Shown: positions 36,884-46,551, numbered from the stretch's first letter. The stretch is 64,000 bases of DNA from Planctomycetaceae bacterium (GCA_021371795.1 JAJFVK010000020.1:30160-94159), one strand, 5' to 3'. Notes: generated from the sequence alone by a model not told the origin. Numbers and translations are program-made.

Positions 36884-38146
36884 TTATTTGTGAAAAATTT
36901 CAAACCTTTCCCAGAAATCAGGGAAAGATTTAGCGACGCAGTTCTCATTTTCGATAATCTGACTGCCTGTAACAAGGCCGGCAACCGCGAAACTCATCGC
37001 AATCCTGTGGTCGTTGTGGGGGTCTATTTGAGCGCCTTTGGCTTGATTTGTTCCCTCAATTATAAGCGAATCCTCATCGCATTTTGCCGAAACGCCCATT
37101 TTCTCCAGTTCCATGGCCATCACGCCGAGCCGGTCGCATTCTTTGTGCCTCAAATGGCCTATGTTTGTCAGTCTGCTTGTACCATCGGCAAACGCACAGG
37201 CAATTGCCATCGGCGGCACTAAATCCGGAATATCGCTCATGTCCTGTGTGATTGCGTTAAGCTGACCGCCTTCGATTATCACTTTGTTGTCTTTTTGAAA
37301 AATTTTGCAGCCCATTTTTTCGAGCAGATTTACAAATTCGATGTCTCCCTGTTTGGTATTTTTTCGCAGACCGCCTACAGTAACTTTGCTTTTGCAAACA
37401 GCGGCGGCAAGAAAGAAAAACGATGCGCTGCTGTAATCGCCCTCGATAACCATATCCGCGGCTTTGTATTTCTGACCGGCAGGAATAATTATTTGTTTGT
37501 AATTTTTATTTTCTGTTTGTACGCCGAACTCCGCCATCATTTGCGTACTGATATCGAAGTATGGTTTTTCAGTCATTTCATCGACGCAGTTTAATATGGT
37601 GTCTTTTTGCGCATACGCTGACGAAATAACAAGCGAGCTGAAATATTGCGAAGTTTTCGCGCCTTTGATGGATGCCTGTCCGCCGGGAATTCCTCCGCCA
37701 TAAACTTTTATCGGTGGAAAGCCTTCCTTTTCAAGATAATCGATTTTGCATCCGAGTTGTTTTAAACCGTTTATAACTTCGCTTATTGGTCTTTCCATAA
37801 GTCGTGTTGTACCGGCAATAGTTACAGGTGTGTTTGAGAAATTCGCCGCCGCGCTTAAGAAATTCATTCCAACGCCCGATTCGCCGACGTATAAGTCTGT
37901 TTCGACAGGACTGTATTTTCCGCCGCAGCCTTCAATTTTAATTCTGCCCGGCGATTGAGTGATTTTAATACCGAGTTTTTTCAGGCAGTTGATTACGTTA
38001 ATCTGGTCTTCGCCCATCAGAGGATTGGTGATAACAGTTGTTCCATGCGCCAGCGAACCGATAATCAAAGCCCGCAGCGTATGTGCTTTTGATGGCGGTG
38101 CCATTACTTCAGCATTCAGATTTTTTATTTTGCTTACTTTTTTCAT
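36884..38146 (-). CDS. aroA: 3-phosphoshikimate 1-carboxyvinyltransferase (EPSP synthase)
   Basis: Motifs: PPSKAHTLRALI, GESGVGMNFL, DHRIAMSFAVAGL. Confidence 0.9.
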   Translation of the reverse strand: MKKVSKIKNLNAEVMAPPSKAHTLRALIIGSLAHGTTVITNPLMGEDQINVINCLKKLGIKITQSPGRIKIEGCGGKYSPVETDLYVGESGVGMNFLSAAANFSNTPVTIAGTTRLMERPISEVINGLKQLGCKIDYLEKEGFPPIKVYGGGIPGGQASIKGAKTSQYFSSLVISSAYAQKDTILNCVDEMTEKPYFDISTQMMAEFGVQTENKNYKQIIIPAGQKYKAADMVIEGDYSSASFFFLAAAVCKSKVTVGGLRKNTKQGDIEFVNLLEKMGCKIFQKDNKVIIEGGQLNAITQDMSDIPDLVPPMAIACAFADGTSRLTNIGHLRHKECDRLGVMAMELEKMGVSAKCDEDSLIIEGTNQAKGAQIDPHNDHRIAMSFAVAGLVTGSQIIENENCVAKSFPDFWERFEIFHK

Positions 38147-38161
38147 ACATGTCGGTGGATG

Positions 38162-38989
38162 TTATTTATTGGCCTGTTCTTTGAGTTCGAGCATTTTTTT
38201 CATCACGTCTGACAAAACTATTTTGCTGTCGACAACGCCGAATGAATCGTGCATCTTTTTATAGAGTTTATACATCTCGGCGTAAACTTTTTGTTTTTTA
38301 GCGTTTGGCTTATAAGTTTTCGCCTTCACGCCTCCCCAGTCTTCGCTGAACATTGCTTTGTGACCTGCTGCGCATCTGTTGCATTTTAGATTTTCAGGTT
38401 TGGTATCGCCGACTAAAACGCCGGGGATGTAGTCTGCACATTCGACCCAACTGTATGCCGCGTCGAAAACTTTTTTGTCAACGTTCAGACAGTGCAGAAC
38501 TTTGCTGAAGAACCATTCTGATGAGTATGTCCCGCCGCACTTGGCCAAATATTCAGGATGGAGTTTTTTCGCAAGGGCGGTAATCTGTGCCGCTTCTTTG
38601 TATGATGTATGGTCTTTCCAGAGCCAGGCCATTGCATTCGGATTATTTTTGAATTTCGGGTTGAACGACAGGGGAGTGCCGTCTTTGTCGACCGGAATAG
38701 GTGTTGAGCCGGTTGTGTCAACGCCGAAGCCGATGATTTTGTCGGCTGAAAAATTCCTGTCGTTTTTCTTTGCTGTGGCTATTGCGCCCTTGACACTTAC
38801 TTCTATACCCTTGATATAATCAGCCGGATTCTGACTCGCGATGTTTGCGTCGAAGCTGTCGATGATGATTCCATTTTTGCCGGACGGATAGCCGAATACG
38901 AACGCTGCGATTTCATCGCCGTTCTTTACATCAACGATAAGACATCTTACTGAATTTGTTCCGTAATCTAAACCTATCGTATAAGCCAT
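38162..38989 (-). pseudogene. araB: Ribulokinase (FGGY family) with an in-frame internal deletion of about 290 aa
   Basis: The N-terminal ~230 aa align along AraB (IGLDYGTNSVR, GVDTTGSTP, NPNAMAWLWKDHT, GGTYSSEWFFSK, RCAAGHKAMFSEDWGG). The sequence then jumps straight to the AraB C-terminal tail (YKPNAKKQKVYAEMYKLYKKMHDSFG). The junction is near 38329/38330. Confidence 0.6.
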
Positions 38990-39164
38990 TTTTTACTCCT
39001 TAAAGTCGCCGTACATTAAAAGGCATAAAGGCAAAAAAGGCAAATGAAAATATAGTTTTGACAGGTATTAAATCTGACTTGTCATTTCCGCGAAGGCGGG
39101 AATCCAGCGTGAAACAGAATCCGCCGCAGGCGGTTTCCTACTTTCTACATTTAGCCTAACTCTG

Positions 39165-39299
39165 CGATTAAGCGTTGATGTTGTTGACTATTTCAAGCAG
39201 CAGGCCAAAGAGATGGGCATCCCGTATCAAAACCTGGTCAATCTTTACCTTAGCCAGTGTGCGCATTCGCATAAAAAACCAACCCTGAAATGGGCGTAA
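39165..39299 (+). pseudogene. C-terminal remnant of a BrnA/CopG-like antitoxin
   Basis: RLSVDVVDYFKQQAKEMGIPYQNLVNLYLSQC resembles BrnA-type antitoxin C-termini. No start codon and no partner toxin. Confidence 0.3.
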
Positions 39300-39301
39300 G
39301 T

Positions 39302-39781
39302 TTATTTTATAAACCCAAATTCTCTAAGCCAATATTCCGTTTCGGCACTGCTTACACCAAAAAGTTTCTCCTTTGGTTCCGTAGGCTTTTTCGTTTTCTT
39401 ATCCATCTGCTTGAGCATATCCGTCCAGAAATCAACGCAATCGACGGCATTTGCTTTTCGTTTTTGAGCGGCTTTTTTTATCCGCCTGTCGCTGCTGATA
39501 ACTGAAAGATGCTTTGGTGCGGTGTTTTGAAGTATTAATTTCTCAATTACATCGTCCGCCTCGCGGTTCATTCCTGAAAATACAACTTCAAGATTGAACA
39601 GGTTCGCAAAACCGGATTTGTCTCTCGGCCCAATGCCATCGAAAATTATACTGCCTTTGCCTTTTGTCCTGTAAATAAATTCGTCGAGAATTTTACATAA
39701 CTGAACGTCGGTGATTTCCGCGGATTGTTCCAGAATATTTTGCACCGTGTGCAGCAGATTATAACCGTCAATTAACAGCAC
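39302..39781 (-). CDS. NYN-domain (YacP/Rae1-like) ribonuclease-family protein
   Basis: GTG start 1 nt after the pyrC stop. Starts LLIDGYNLLH, with ...VVFSG....ADD.I further on. Confidence 0.65.
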   Translation of the reverse strand: MLLIDGYNLLHTVQNILEQSAEITDVQLCKILDEFIYRTKGKGSIIFDGIGPRDKSGFANLFNLEVVFSGMNREADDVIEKLILQNTAPKHLSVISSDRRIKKAAQKRKANAVDCVDFWTDMLKQMDKKTKKPTEPKEKLFGVSSAETEYWLREFGFIK

Positions 39782-39782
39782 G

Positions 39783-41072
39783 TTACTTTCCCTGTGCTGA
39801 AAATCTTATTTCGCCGCCGACGATTGTATATTCGACTTTGCCCTTGAGTTTCCAGCCGTTATACGGACAGTTTTTGCTCTTGGAGTAAAATTTATTGACG
39901 TCAACGGTGTATTCGCAATTCGGGTCGATGATTGTAACATCGGCCTGTTTGCCTTTTGAAAGTGTGCCTTTATCGACGCTGATAATTTTCGCGGGCCTTT
40001 CAGCCATCATCGAGACAAGCTGCGGCCAATCGATAATCTTCGGCTCAATCAAGGCTTTAATGTACAACCCCAGTGCGCACTCTATACTTGCGATACCGAA
40101 CGGAGCGGCCAGAAATTCCAGTTCTTTTTCGCTTTTCAGATGCGGTGCGTGGTCGGATGCCAGCGCGTCGATAACGCCTTCACGAATTGCCTGCTTTAAC
40201 GCGTCGATATCTTTTGCCGTTCGCAGCGGGGGATTGACTTTGTAGTTCGTGTCGTAATCGCGGCAGTCATCATCGGTCAAAAGCAGATGATGCGGCGAAA
40301 CTTCGCACGTTACCGGCAGGCAGTCTTTTTTCGCCTGACGAATCAGCTCGACTGATTTTGCCGTTGAAATGTGCTGAACGTGATAACGCATATTCGTTTT
40401 GCGAACGAGTTGAATATCTCGCCAAATCATCATTTCTTCCGCCAGCGGGTCAATGCCAGGAAGTCCCAGCGTTGTCGAATTAAAACCGGAATTCATTACG
40501 CCTTTGCCCGCAAGCGAATTATCCTGACAGTGCTGGCTCAAAACAATATTCCTGAACATCGATGCGTATTTCATCGCGCGGAGCATTACGGATGCGTTTT
40601 GCACTCCGTTGCCGTCATCGGTGAAACCGACAGCGCCGGCCTGCGCCATAAATCCCATTTCAGCAAGCTGTTCGCCCGCTCTGCCTTTGGTGATTGCGCC
40701 CATCACATAAACGTGCGTCTTTCTGGTTTGCCTGCCCATCCTGTGGATGTATTCGATACTTGTGGCGTTATCGGTCGGCGGGTCGGTATTCGGCATACAA
40801 ACAACCGAAGTGAATCCGCCCGCAACCGCTGCCGCAGAACCTGACGCGATAGTTTCTTCTTCTTCGTCGCCCGGCTCGCGGAAATGAACGTGAATATCAA
40901 TCAGCCCCGGCAGAACAAGTTTGCCCTCTGCGTCGATTGCCATATCAGCTTTCTCATCGACTCTGCCGACTTGGGCGAATTTGCCATCGACAATCAGAAC
41001 ATCGCATTTCTTGTCGATGTTGTTCGCAGGGTCAATTACGCGTCCGTTTTTTATCAGTAAATTTTTTGCCAT
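39783..41072 (-). CDS. pyrC: Dihydroorotase
   Basis: Motifs: GLIDIHVHFREPG, MPNTDPP, DHAPH. Confidence 0.9.
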   Translation of the reverse strand: MAKNLLIKNGRVIDPANNIDKKCDVLIVDGKFAQVGRVDEKADMAIDAEGKLVLPGLIDIHVHFREPGDEEEETIASGSAAAVAGGFTSVVCMPNTDPPTDNATSIEYIHRMGRQTRKTHVYVMGAITKGRAGEQLAEMGFMAQAGAVGFTDDGNGVQNASVMLRAMKYASMFRNIVLSQHCQDNSLAGKGVMNSGFNSTTLGLPGIDPLAEEMMIWRDIQLVRKTNMRYHVQHISTAKSVELIRQAKKDCLPVTCEVSPHHLLLTDDDCRDYDTNYKVNPPLRTAKDIDALKQAIREGVIDALASDHAPHLKSEKELEFLAAPFGIASIECALGLYIKALIEPKIIDWPQLVSMMAERPAKIISVDKGTLSKGKQADVTIIDPNCEYTVDVNKFYSKSKNCPYNGWKLKGKVEYTIVGGEIRFSAQGK

Positions 41073-41074
41073 AA

Positions 41075-42022
41075 TTATTCTTTTGTCATCGCGGCCTGAT
41101 TGACAAGGAAAAGCACCGCCATCCTTACCGCAAGGCCGTTTGTTACCTGTTCAAGAATTACGCTGTTGGGACCGTCAGCGACTTCGCTTTCGATTTCAAC
41201 GCCTCTGTTAATCGGACCCGGATGCATAACAAGAATATCCTTTTTCGCCTTTTTCATTCTTTCGCCCGTCAGGCCGAAATGATGCGAATATTCTTTAATG
41301 GATGGGAACGGATTAGCGCCCATTCTTTCAAACTGTATGCGAAGCATATTTATAACATCGAGTTCGCCGATGATTGAATCGAGGGAGTAACTTACCTGCA
41401 CCGGCAGTTGGCTTACCTGCGCAGGCATGAGCGTCGGCGGGCCGACGAGAATCACTTTTGCGCCAAGTTTTGTCAGTGCATATATATTGCTTCTTGCTAC
41501 GCGAGAATGCGCAATATCGCCGACGATTGCAATTTTCAGGCCTTCAAGCGAGCCTTTGATTTTTCTGATTGTATATGCGTCAAGCAGTGCCTGTGTCGGA
41601 TGTTCACAATATCCATCGCCGGCGTTTACCACACAGGCGTTTATACTCCTGCTCAATAACTTCGGCGCACCGCCTGCACTGTGTCTTATTACTACAATGT
41701 CGATTCCCATCGCTTCAAGATTTCGCGCTGTGTCTAAAAGCGTTTCGCCTTTGCTGGTCGAGCTTACCTTTTCTGTAAATTCGATTACGTCCGCGCTCAA
41801 TCTGTTGGCCGCAAGAGTGAAACTGTTCCTTGTTCGCGTGCTGTCTTCAAAGAAAAGATTTACGACAACCTTGCCGCGAAGGGCGGGGGCTTTTTTAATA
41901 CTGCGCACGCTGAAAGCCTCGAAACCCTGCGCAGTGTCAAGAATATGTTCTATCTCCTGCCGGCTCAAATCGCGCAGGCCGATAAGGTGCTTGCGTGTCC
42001 AAATGAAATCATTTTTTGTCAT
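41075..42022 (-). CDS. pyrB: Aspartate carbamoyltransferase catalytic subunit
   Basis: Motifs: [31 protein letters not shown]. Confidence 0.95.
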   Translation of the reverse strand: MTKNDFIWTRKHLIGLRDLSRQEIEHILDTAQGFEAFSVRSIKKAPALRGKVVVNLFFEDSTRTRNSFTLAANRLSADVIEFTEKVSSTSKGETLLDTARNLEAMGIDIVVIRHSAGGAPKLLSRSINACVVNAGDGYCEHPTQALLDAYTIRKIKGSLEGLKIAIVGDIAHSRVARSNIYALTKLGAKVILVGPPTLMPAQVSQLPVQVSYSLDSIIGELDVINMLRIQFERMGANPFPSIKEYSHHFGLTGERMKKAKKDILVMHPGPINRGVEIESEVADGPNSVILEQVTNGLAVRMAVLFLVNQAAMTKE

Positions 42023-42546
42023 ATTACGATTACTCTGTCTTTTCCGTCAGATTCAACAAAGTTTACTTGAATAGTTTTTTCCGCAGGCAGGTCAATTTTA
42101 TAACCCGCGAAATCCGCGGCAATCGGTAGCTCTCTCCCAGTCCGCTCGACAAGAACCGCCAGCCGTATAGCCTTTGGTCTGCCAAGGTCTATCAACGCAT
42201 CCAGAGCCGCCCGCGTACTTCGGCCGGTATATAGAACGTCATCCACGAGAATTATAAGCGTATCATCGATATTGAAGCCGATTTCAGTACTTCTTACCAT
42301 CGGCTGTGCCTGCCCTTGAGGATTGTTGAGGTCGTCTCGATAAAGAGTTATATCGAGAGTGCCGGTAAGAACAGGAGATTTGAGCTTTTTCGCTAATATA
42401 TCTGAAAGCCGTTTGGCCAACACTTCCCCTCGACTGCGGATACCAATAATAGCAATTTTATCGGTCCCGGCTGTGTGTGATATTATCTCATCAGCTAGTA
42501 CTGTTATGCAACTATCGATTTTATCGGAACTTAAAAGAACTTCCAT
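42019..42546 (-). CDS. pyrR: PyrR bifunctional regulator/uracil phosphoribosyltransferase
   Basis: PRPP loop [20 protein letters not shown] overlap with pyrB. Confidence 0.9.
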   Translation of the reverse strand: MEVLLSSDKIDSCITVLADEIISHTAGTDKIAIIGIRSRGEVLAKRLSDILAKKLKSPVLTGTLDITLYRDDLNNPQGQAQPMVRSTEIGFNIDDTLIILVDDVLYTGRSTRAALDALIDLGRPKAIRLAVLVERTGRELPIAADFAGYKIDLPAEKTIQVNFVESDGKDRVIVI

Positions 42547-42590
42547 ATTGTTTCTTATTCCTAATACTCCAACTGTTTAAGACTTGCCGG

Positions 42591-42619
42591 AGTATAACAG
42601 ATACCGTTTGTTTTGGCAA
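42591..42619 (-). promoter_or_regulatory. Candidate pyr operon promoter
   Basis: On the minus strand, TTGCCA (42619-42614), 17 nt spacer, TATACT (42596-42591). Lies about 45 nt upstream of the pyrR ATG. Confidence 0.45.
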
Positions 42620-42645
42620 GAAATTAAGGTTGCCTAAAAATATAG

Positions 42646-42670
42646 AAATCAGAGCCATGAGCGTTGGAGC
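42646..42670 (+). repeat. 25-nt dispersed repeat, copy 2 of 2
   Basis: AAATCAGAGCCATGAGCGTTGGAGC. Followed by TGAAGCGAAG, which also occurs in element A at about 11739. Confidence 0.6.
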
Positions 42671-42723
42671 AGCGGCATTGAAGCGAAGCTGCAAACTCTG
42701 CGACGCGCGAGCAATAATACCAA

Positions 42724-42752
42724 TTGCTACAATTCACTATAAATGCTATAAT
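42724..42752 (+). promoter_or_regulatory. Candidate extended -10 promoter of the C10 protease gene
   Basis: TTGCTA, 17 nt spacer, TGcTATAAT (42744-42752). Confidence 0.5.
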
Positions 42753-42796
42753 CTCGATATAATTATTGTTTAATCGAAGTTTCAGGAGAATTGAAG

Positions 42797-45700
42797 ATGA
42801 AAAGGGTTACTACATTGGTGGGCATTTACGACATGCTATCAAATCGCCTCTTTTCACCCTCATTTCCAAAGATAGCTATTTTTGCTTTATTATTTTTATT
42901 TAACATTTCACTCTTTGCGGAACCAACAGAAAAATCGCAAGCGTTAATCGCCGCAGACCATTGGTTAAAATTAGATACACACCCCTTGGGCAATAACCTC
43001 AAGTGGCATGTTAAAAATATTGAAACTTTTTCAGATTCAAATCAGGAGCCTATCTATTATGCCATCAACCTTGAACCCACAGGTTATGTAATAGTTTCCG
43101 CTGACAACAAAGTAGAACCTATTATATGTTTTTCTGCTGAAGGCAAATATATAAATTCAAATGAAAATCCGCTTTCAGTATTACTTAATTTAGATTTACA
43201 CAATCGTATTCATACAACAAGACGCCTTGTTCAAGTTCAAAAGAATAATTCTCTTCATTTTTCCAGACAGCAGAAAACCATTCTAAATTCAATGGTAAGT
43301 GCAGAGGCTAAATGGAATAGGTTTTTAAAGCAAAATCAAAAATTGCAGAATCAATCAAAAACCAAAAACAATGAATTATTTTCTGCTGAATCCTCAAGCT
43401 CATATTCAACAGGTTTGACGGAAATTTCCGATATTCGCGTTGAACCTTTGATACAGAGCAAATGGGGACAAAGCAGCGTTTGCAGCGGTTACTGCTATAA
43501 CTATTATACCCCGAATCATTATGTATGCGGCTGTGTAGCTACTGCGGCGGCTCAACTGATGAGATATCATGAATATCCTTCTGCTCCTGTTGGAATTCAG
43601 GGGTTTTCAATAACTGTTGATGGTTACTCGCAAACAGCTTATACACGAGGTGGGGACGGATTGGGTGGAGCATATAACTGGAGTCTTATGCCTTTTGTGC
43701 CAGATTGCAGCCTGACAGATGCACAAAGACAAGCAATCGGTGCAATTTGCTATGATGCAGGAGTAGCATCGAACATGCAATATACACAAAGTTTTTCAGG
43801 AGCATATAGTAACAATCTTTGTAATGCTCTTGTCAACTTCTTCCAGTTTAATAATGCAATCATTGGACCATGGGACATGTCCCTTAATGCTGATTTGGAC
43901 GCAGGCTATCCAATGTACTTCGACTTAGGCAGTCATGCCGTAGTTTGCGATGGCTATGGATATTCTTTATCAACTCCGTATCATCATATTAATTTGGGGT
44001 GGTCTGGAGGTTCTGATGCATGGTACAATCTACCTGACGTTTTATACTGGGACTCAATTAAAAAAGTGATATATAACATTTTTCCTTCAGGAACAGGAGA
44101 AATTATCAGCGGCAGAACTGCTGATATTTTAGGAAATCCCATTTCAGATGTTAATATATCAGTCCAATATAACGATCAAATTCTTCATACACTGACAAAT
44201 CATTATGGAATTTATTCTTTCACTCATGTTCCATCAAATACAGCTTTTACGATTAACGCTTCAAAAAACGGATTAAGCTTTCCAAGCTCACTTCAAGTTA
44301 CAACAGGTCTTTCACAAACTAACCAAGTGGGTAATATTTGGGGGGCAAATTTTTATGAAACGAGCCTCCCGGTAATAAATACAAATACAAAAGAAATTGA
44401 ATTTAATGCCATTTATGGCACCTCAAGTCAGGATTCCAAAATTCTTTCTATTTGGAATGAAGGCTCTGGCACTTTGAAGTGGACTATAGACTGTAATGGC
44501 ACTTGGCTAAATATCTATCCACAGCAAGGAATTTCTGATGGACAAATAAATGATGTCAATTTGAGTGTTGATATTTCGTATCTTACGCCGGGAAAACATA
44601 CATGTGAAATCATTGTTTCAGATCCTTGTGCGATAAGCACAGCAACAATTAAAATTACATTGTTTATTGCAAGAGAACTTCATGTTCCTGCGGATTATTC
44701 GACGATTCAAGCTGCTGTTGATGCTTCCTTTAGCGGACCCGGCAATATAATTACTATTGCTCCTGGAATTTACCAAGGCGCTGGTAATAAAAATATCAAC
44801 ATATCAAACAAAGATATAGTTATTAGAAGCCAAGACCCTAATAATGCAGCGATTGTAGCTGCTACCATAATTGATTGCCAAAACCAGTATTCTGGAAACA
44901 GTTGCTTTTCTATATCAGATTCTAACTCTACAATTGATGGTCTTTGTATAATAAACAGTTATGAAGCGATTTATAGTACTGACTCGCAATCAAATCCTGT
45001 TTTCAAGAATTGCTTAATAAAAAACAATACTTATGGGTTCTATCTTTATTCAGGGAATATTGAAAAATGCACCATTTTGGACAATGTGTATGGAATCAGC
45101 ATGTACTCCGGCCAACTTAAAATATTAGACTCTATCATCTCGTATAATAGTCAAGCTGGTATAAGAAATAATTCACCATCCAACTTCGTCCTAAAAAATT
45201 GTATAATTAGCCATAATAAAGGACTCTATGGCGGAATATATAATTCGACAACAAAACCGGGAAAAATCAGTATTGAAAATTGCACCATAGCCAATAATGT
45301 AGCTACATCAATACAAGGCGGGGGAATATATTCCACCGGTCTTGCAGAACCAAATATTGCTGTCGAAATTTTAAATTCAATAGTTTGGGATAACAAGCCT
45401 AAACAAATTGTAGTTGAGAATAACTCTGTTAAGATAACTTACAGCGATATTGAAGGAGGCTGGCAAGGAACCGGCAATATAAATACTGACCCATGCTTTG
45501 TTAATCCTACCGAGATAATTTTGTCTGATCTTGATAAAAACGGCAGAGTGGATTTTTATGATTTCAGAATATTTGCATCTGCCTGGCGAACTAATTCGCG
45601 GCATCCGTCATGGAACAAATTATGTGACATATTTTTGCCAACTGACAACATCATTAACACCAAAGATTTGTTTGTTTTTTGTCAGGATTGGTTATACGAA

Positions 45701-46105
45701 GCCGGTGAAGATGAATTTCCATGGACCAAATTTGACTATCATCTTAAATCCCAGGCAGGCAGATGGAAAGCGTCAGCGTATTCTGAAATTGATTCAGGTA
45801 ATGATAATTATATTGATTTTCGTGATTTCGCCGCATTTGCAAATTTGTGGCTTAACAAAGGCGCAGGCATTCCTGCCGATTTTGACAAAAATACCGTTGT
45901 AGATTTCGACGATTTAGCATTTTTCCTGAATAATTATCTGTCGAGTTTTGATAATGGCAATTGGATTATTGACACAGTAACAAGCCCCTGTATAGACGCT
46001 GGCGATCCTAATTCAGATTGGACAGAAGAATTAAGCCCAAATGGCAACCATATAAACATGGGAGCCTACGGCGGAAAATCACAAGCAAGTTTATCGCAAC
46101 CTTAA
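42797..46105 (+). CDS. Multidomain exported cysteine protease: I69-like propeptide, C10 (streptopain-like) peptidase, CarboxypepD_reg-like and BACON-like domains, right-handed beta-helix, dockerin-like repeats
   Basis: AGGAG lies 8 nt before ATG 42797. Catalytic Cys context YVCGCVATAAAQLMRYHEYP; His context GSHAVVCDGYGY; HINLGWSGGSDAWYN. PbH1-like repeats (NCLIKNN, CTILDN, SIISYN, NCIISHN, NCTIANN). DKNGRVDFYDFRIFASAW-type loops. SPCIDAGDP...NMGAYGG end. Confidence 0.8.
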   Translation: MKRVTTLVGIYDMLSNRLFSPSFPKIAIFALLFLFNISLFAEPTEKSQALIAADHWLKLDTHPLGNNLKWHVKNIETFSDSNQEPIYYAINLEPTGYVIVSADNKVEPIICFSAEGKYINSNENPLSVLLNLDLHNRIHTTRRLVQVQKNNSLHFSRQQKTILNSMVSAEAKWNRFLKQNQKLQNQSKTKNNELFSAESSSSYSTGLTEISDIRVEPLIQSKWGQSSVCSGYCYNYYTPNHYVCGCVATAAAQLMRYHEYPSAPVGIQGFSITVDGYSQTAYTRGGDGLGGAYNWSLMPFVPDCSLTDAQRQAIGAICYDAGVASNMQYTQSFSGAYSNNLCNALVNFFQFNNAIIGPWDMSLNADLDAGYPMYFDLGSHAVVCDGYGYSLSTPYHHINLGWSGGSDAWYNLPDVLYWDSIKKVIYNIFPSGTGEIISGRTADILGNPISDVNISVQYNDQILHTLTNHYGIYSFTHVPSNTAFTINASKNGLSFPSSLQVTTGLSQTNQVGNIWGANFYETSLPVINTNTKEIEFNAIYGTSSQDSKILSIWNEGSGTLKWTIDCNGTWLNIYPQQGISDGQINDVNLSVDISYLTPGKHTCEIIVSDPCAISTATIKITLFIARELHVPADYSTIQAAVDASFSGPGNIITIAPGIYQGAGNKNINISNKDIVIRSQDPNNAAIVAATIIDCQNQYSGNSCFSISDSNSTIDGLCIINSYEAIYSTDSQSNPVFKNCLIKNNTYGFYLYSGNIEKCTILDNVYGISMYSGQLKILDSIISYNSQAGIRNNSPSNFVLKNCIISHNKGLYGGIYNSTTKPGKISIENCTIANNVATSIQGGGIYSTGLAEPNIAVEILNSIVWDNKPKQIVVENNSVKITYSDIEGGWQGTGNINTDPCFVNPTEIILSDLDKNGRVDFYDFRIFASAWRTNSRHPSWNKLCDIFLPTDNIINTKDLFVFCQDWLYEAGEDEFPWTKFDYHLKSQAGRWKASAYSEIDSGNDNYIDFRDFAAFANLWLNKGAGIPADFDKNTVVDFDDLAFFLNNYLSSFDNGNWIIDTVTSPCIDAGDPNSDWTEELSPNGNHINMGAYGGKSQASLSQP

Positions 46106-46176
46106 AGCAGTGTAAATCCGTGTCTTAAAAAACGTCTCTGTGTCGCTCTGTGTTCTCTGTGGCTCGGTGGTGAACG
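46101..46176 (+). repeat. Dispersed intergenic element, module 1, copy B
   Basis: CTTAAAGCAGTGTAAATCCGTGTCTTAAAAAACGTCTCTGTGTCGCTCTGTGTTCTCTGTGG... It overlaps the protease stop codon. See 11672-11762. Confidence 0.7.
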
Positions 46177-46181
46177 TCATA

Positions 46182-46208
46182 AGGCCGGAAATTTTCCGGC
46201 CTTTTTTA
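46182..46208 (+). terminator. Rho-independent terminator of the C10 protease gene
   Basis: GGCCGGAAA / TTTCCGGCC followed by T6. Confidence 0.75.
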
Positions 46209-46209
46209 G

Positions 46210-46238
46210 TGGACTTTTTATATATTTTATGGTATAAT
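46210..46238 (+). promoter_or_regulatory. Candidate extended -10 promoter inside the intergenic element
   Basis: TGGACT (46210-46215), 17 nt spacer, TGgTATAAT (46230-46238). Confidence 0.5.
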
Positions 46239-46249
46239 ACCCACATAAA

Positions 46250-46336
46250 ATGAGTCGTAGAGACGTACGGCAGTACGTCTTTTGCAATCCAAGGCGTGCT
46301 TCACGAGATACGATTCACGAACTAAAATGTCCTTAA
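46250..46336 (+). other. Short transcript candidate: 28-codon ORF with a hairpin at codons 4-11
   Basis: ATG 46250 lies about 5 nt after the predicted TSS. Hairpin AGACGTAC-GGCA-GTACGTCT (46261-46280) is followed by TTT. The ORF reads MSRRDVRQYVFCNPRRASRDTIHELKCP. Coding status is unsupported. Confidence 0.25.
46303..46323 (+). repeat. Heptanucleotide array (ACGAnnT/C) x3, same family as the pilT-upstream array
   Basis: ACGAGAT ACGATTC ACGAACT. Confidence 0.55.
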
Positions 46337-46343
46337 TTTTTTA

Positions 46344-46419
46344 GACGATTTCACTTCATTTTACTACGTTTCCAAATGATTTTACTTCAATTTACCGTGA
46401 TTTGGTTACGTTTTTTGTC
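46344..46419 (+). repeat. Dispersed intergenic element, module 2, copy B
   Basis: GACGATTTCACTTCATTTTACTACGTTTCC... is homologous to 11899-11975. Confidence 0.65.
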
Positions 46420-46503
46420 AAAAAATGTCGATTTATGTTGTTTTCGGGGGTAAATGAACGGAAAAAACGGGGTTTTTCATTGAAAAGTGAATATTTTGGA
46501 ACG

Positions 46504-46551
46504 TTTTTGAAGGTGTTTTTGAAGGTTTTGGACGCTTTTTAAGCGTTTTTT
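46504..46551 (+). repeat. Helically phased T-tracts (predicted curved DNA)
   Basis: T4-6 tracts start at 46504, 46516, 46526, 46536 and 46546. Confidence 0.6.

Noticed and set aside
41427-42074. 215-aa plus-strand ORF
   Set aside because: It lies antisense to pyrB and pyrR.
42547-42640. PyrR-binding attenuator upstream of pyrR
   Set aside because: The leader is only about 40 nt, and I could find no terminator/antiterminator pair and no ARUCCAGAGAGGYU-like loop.
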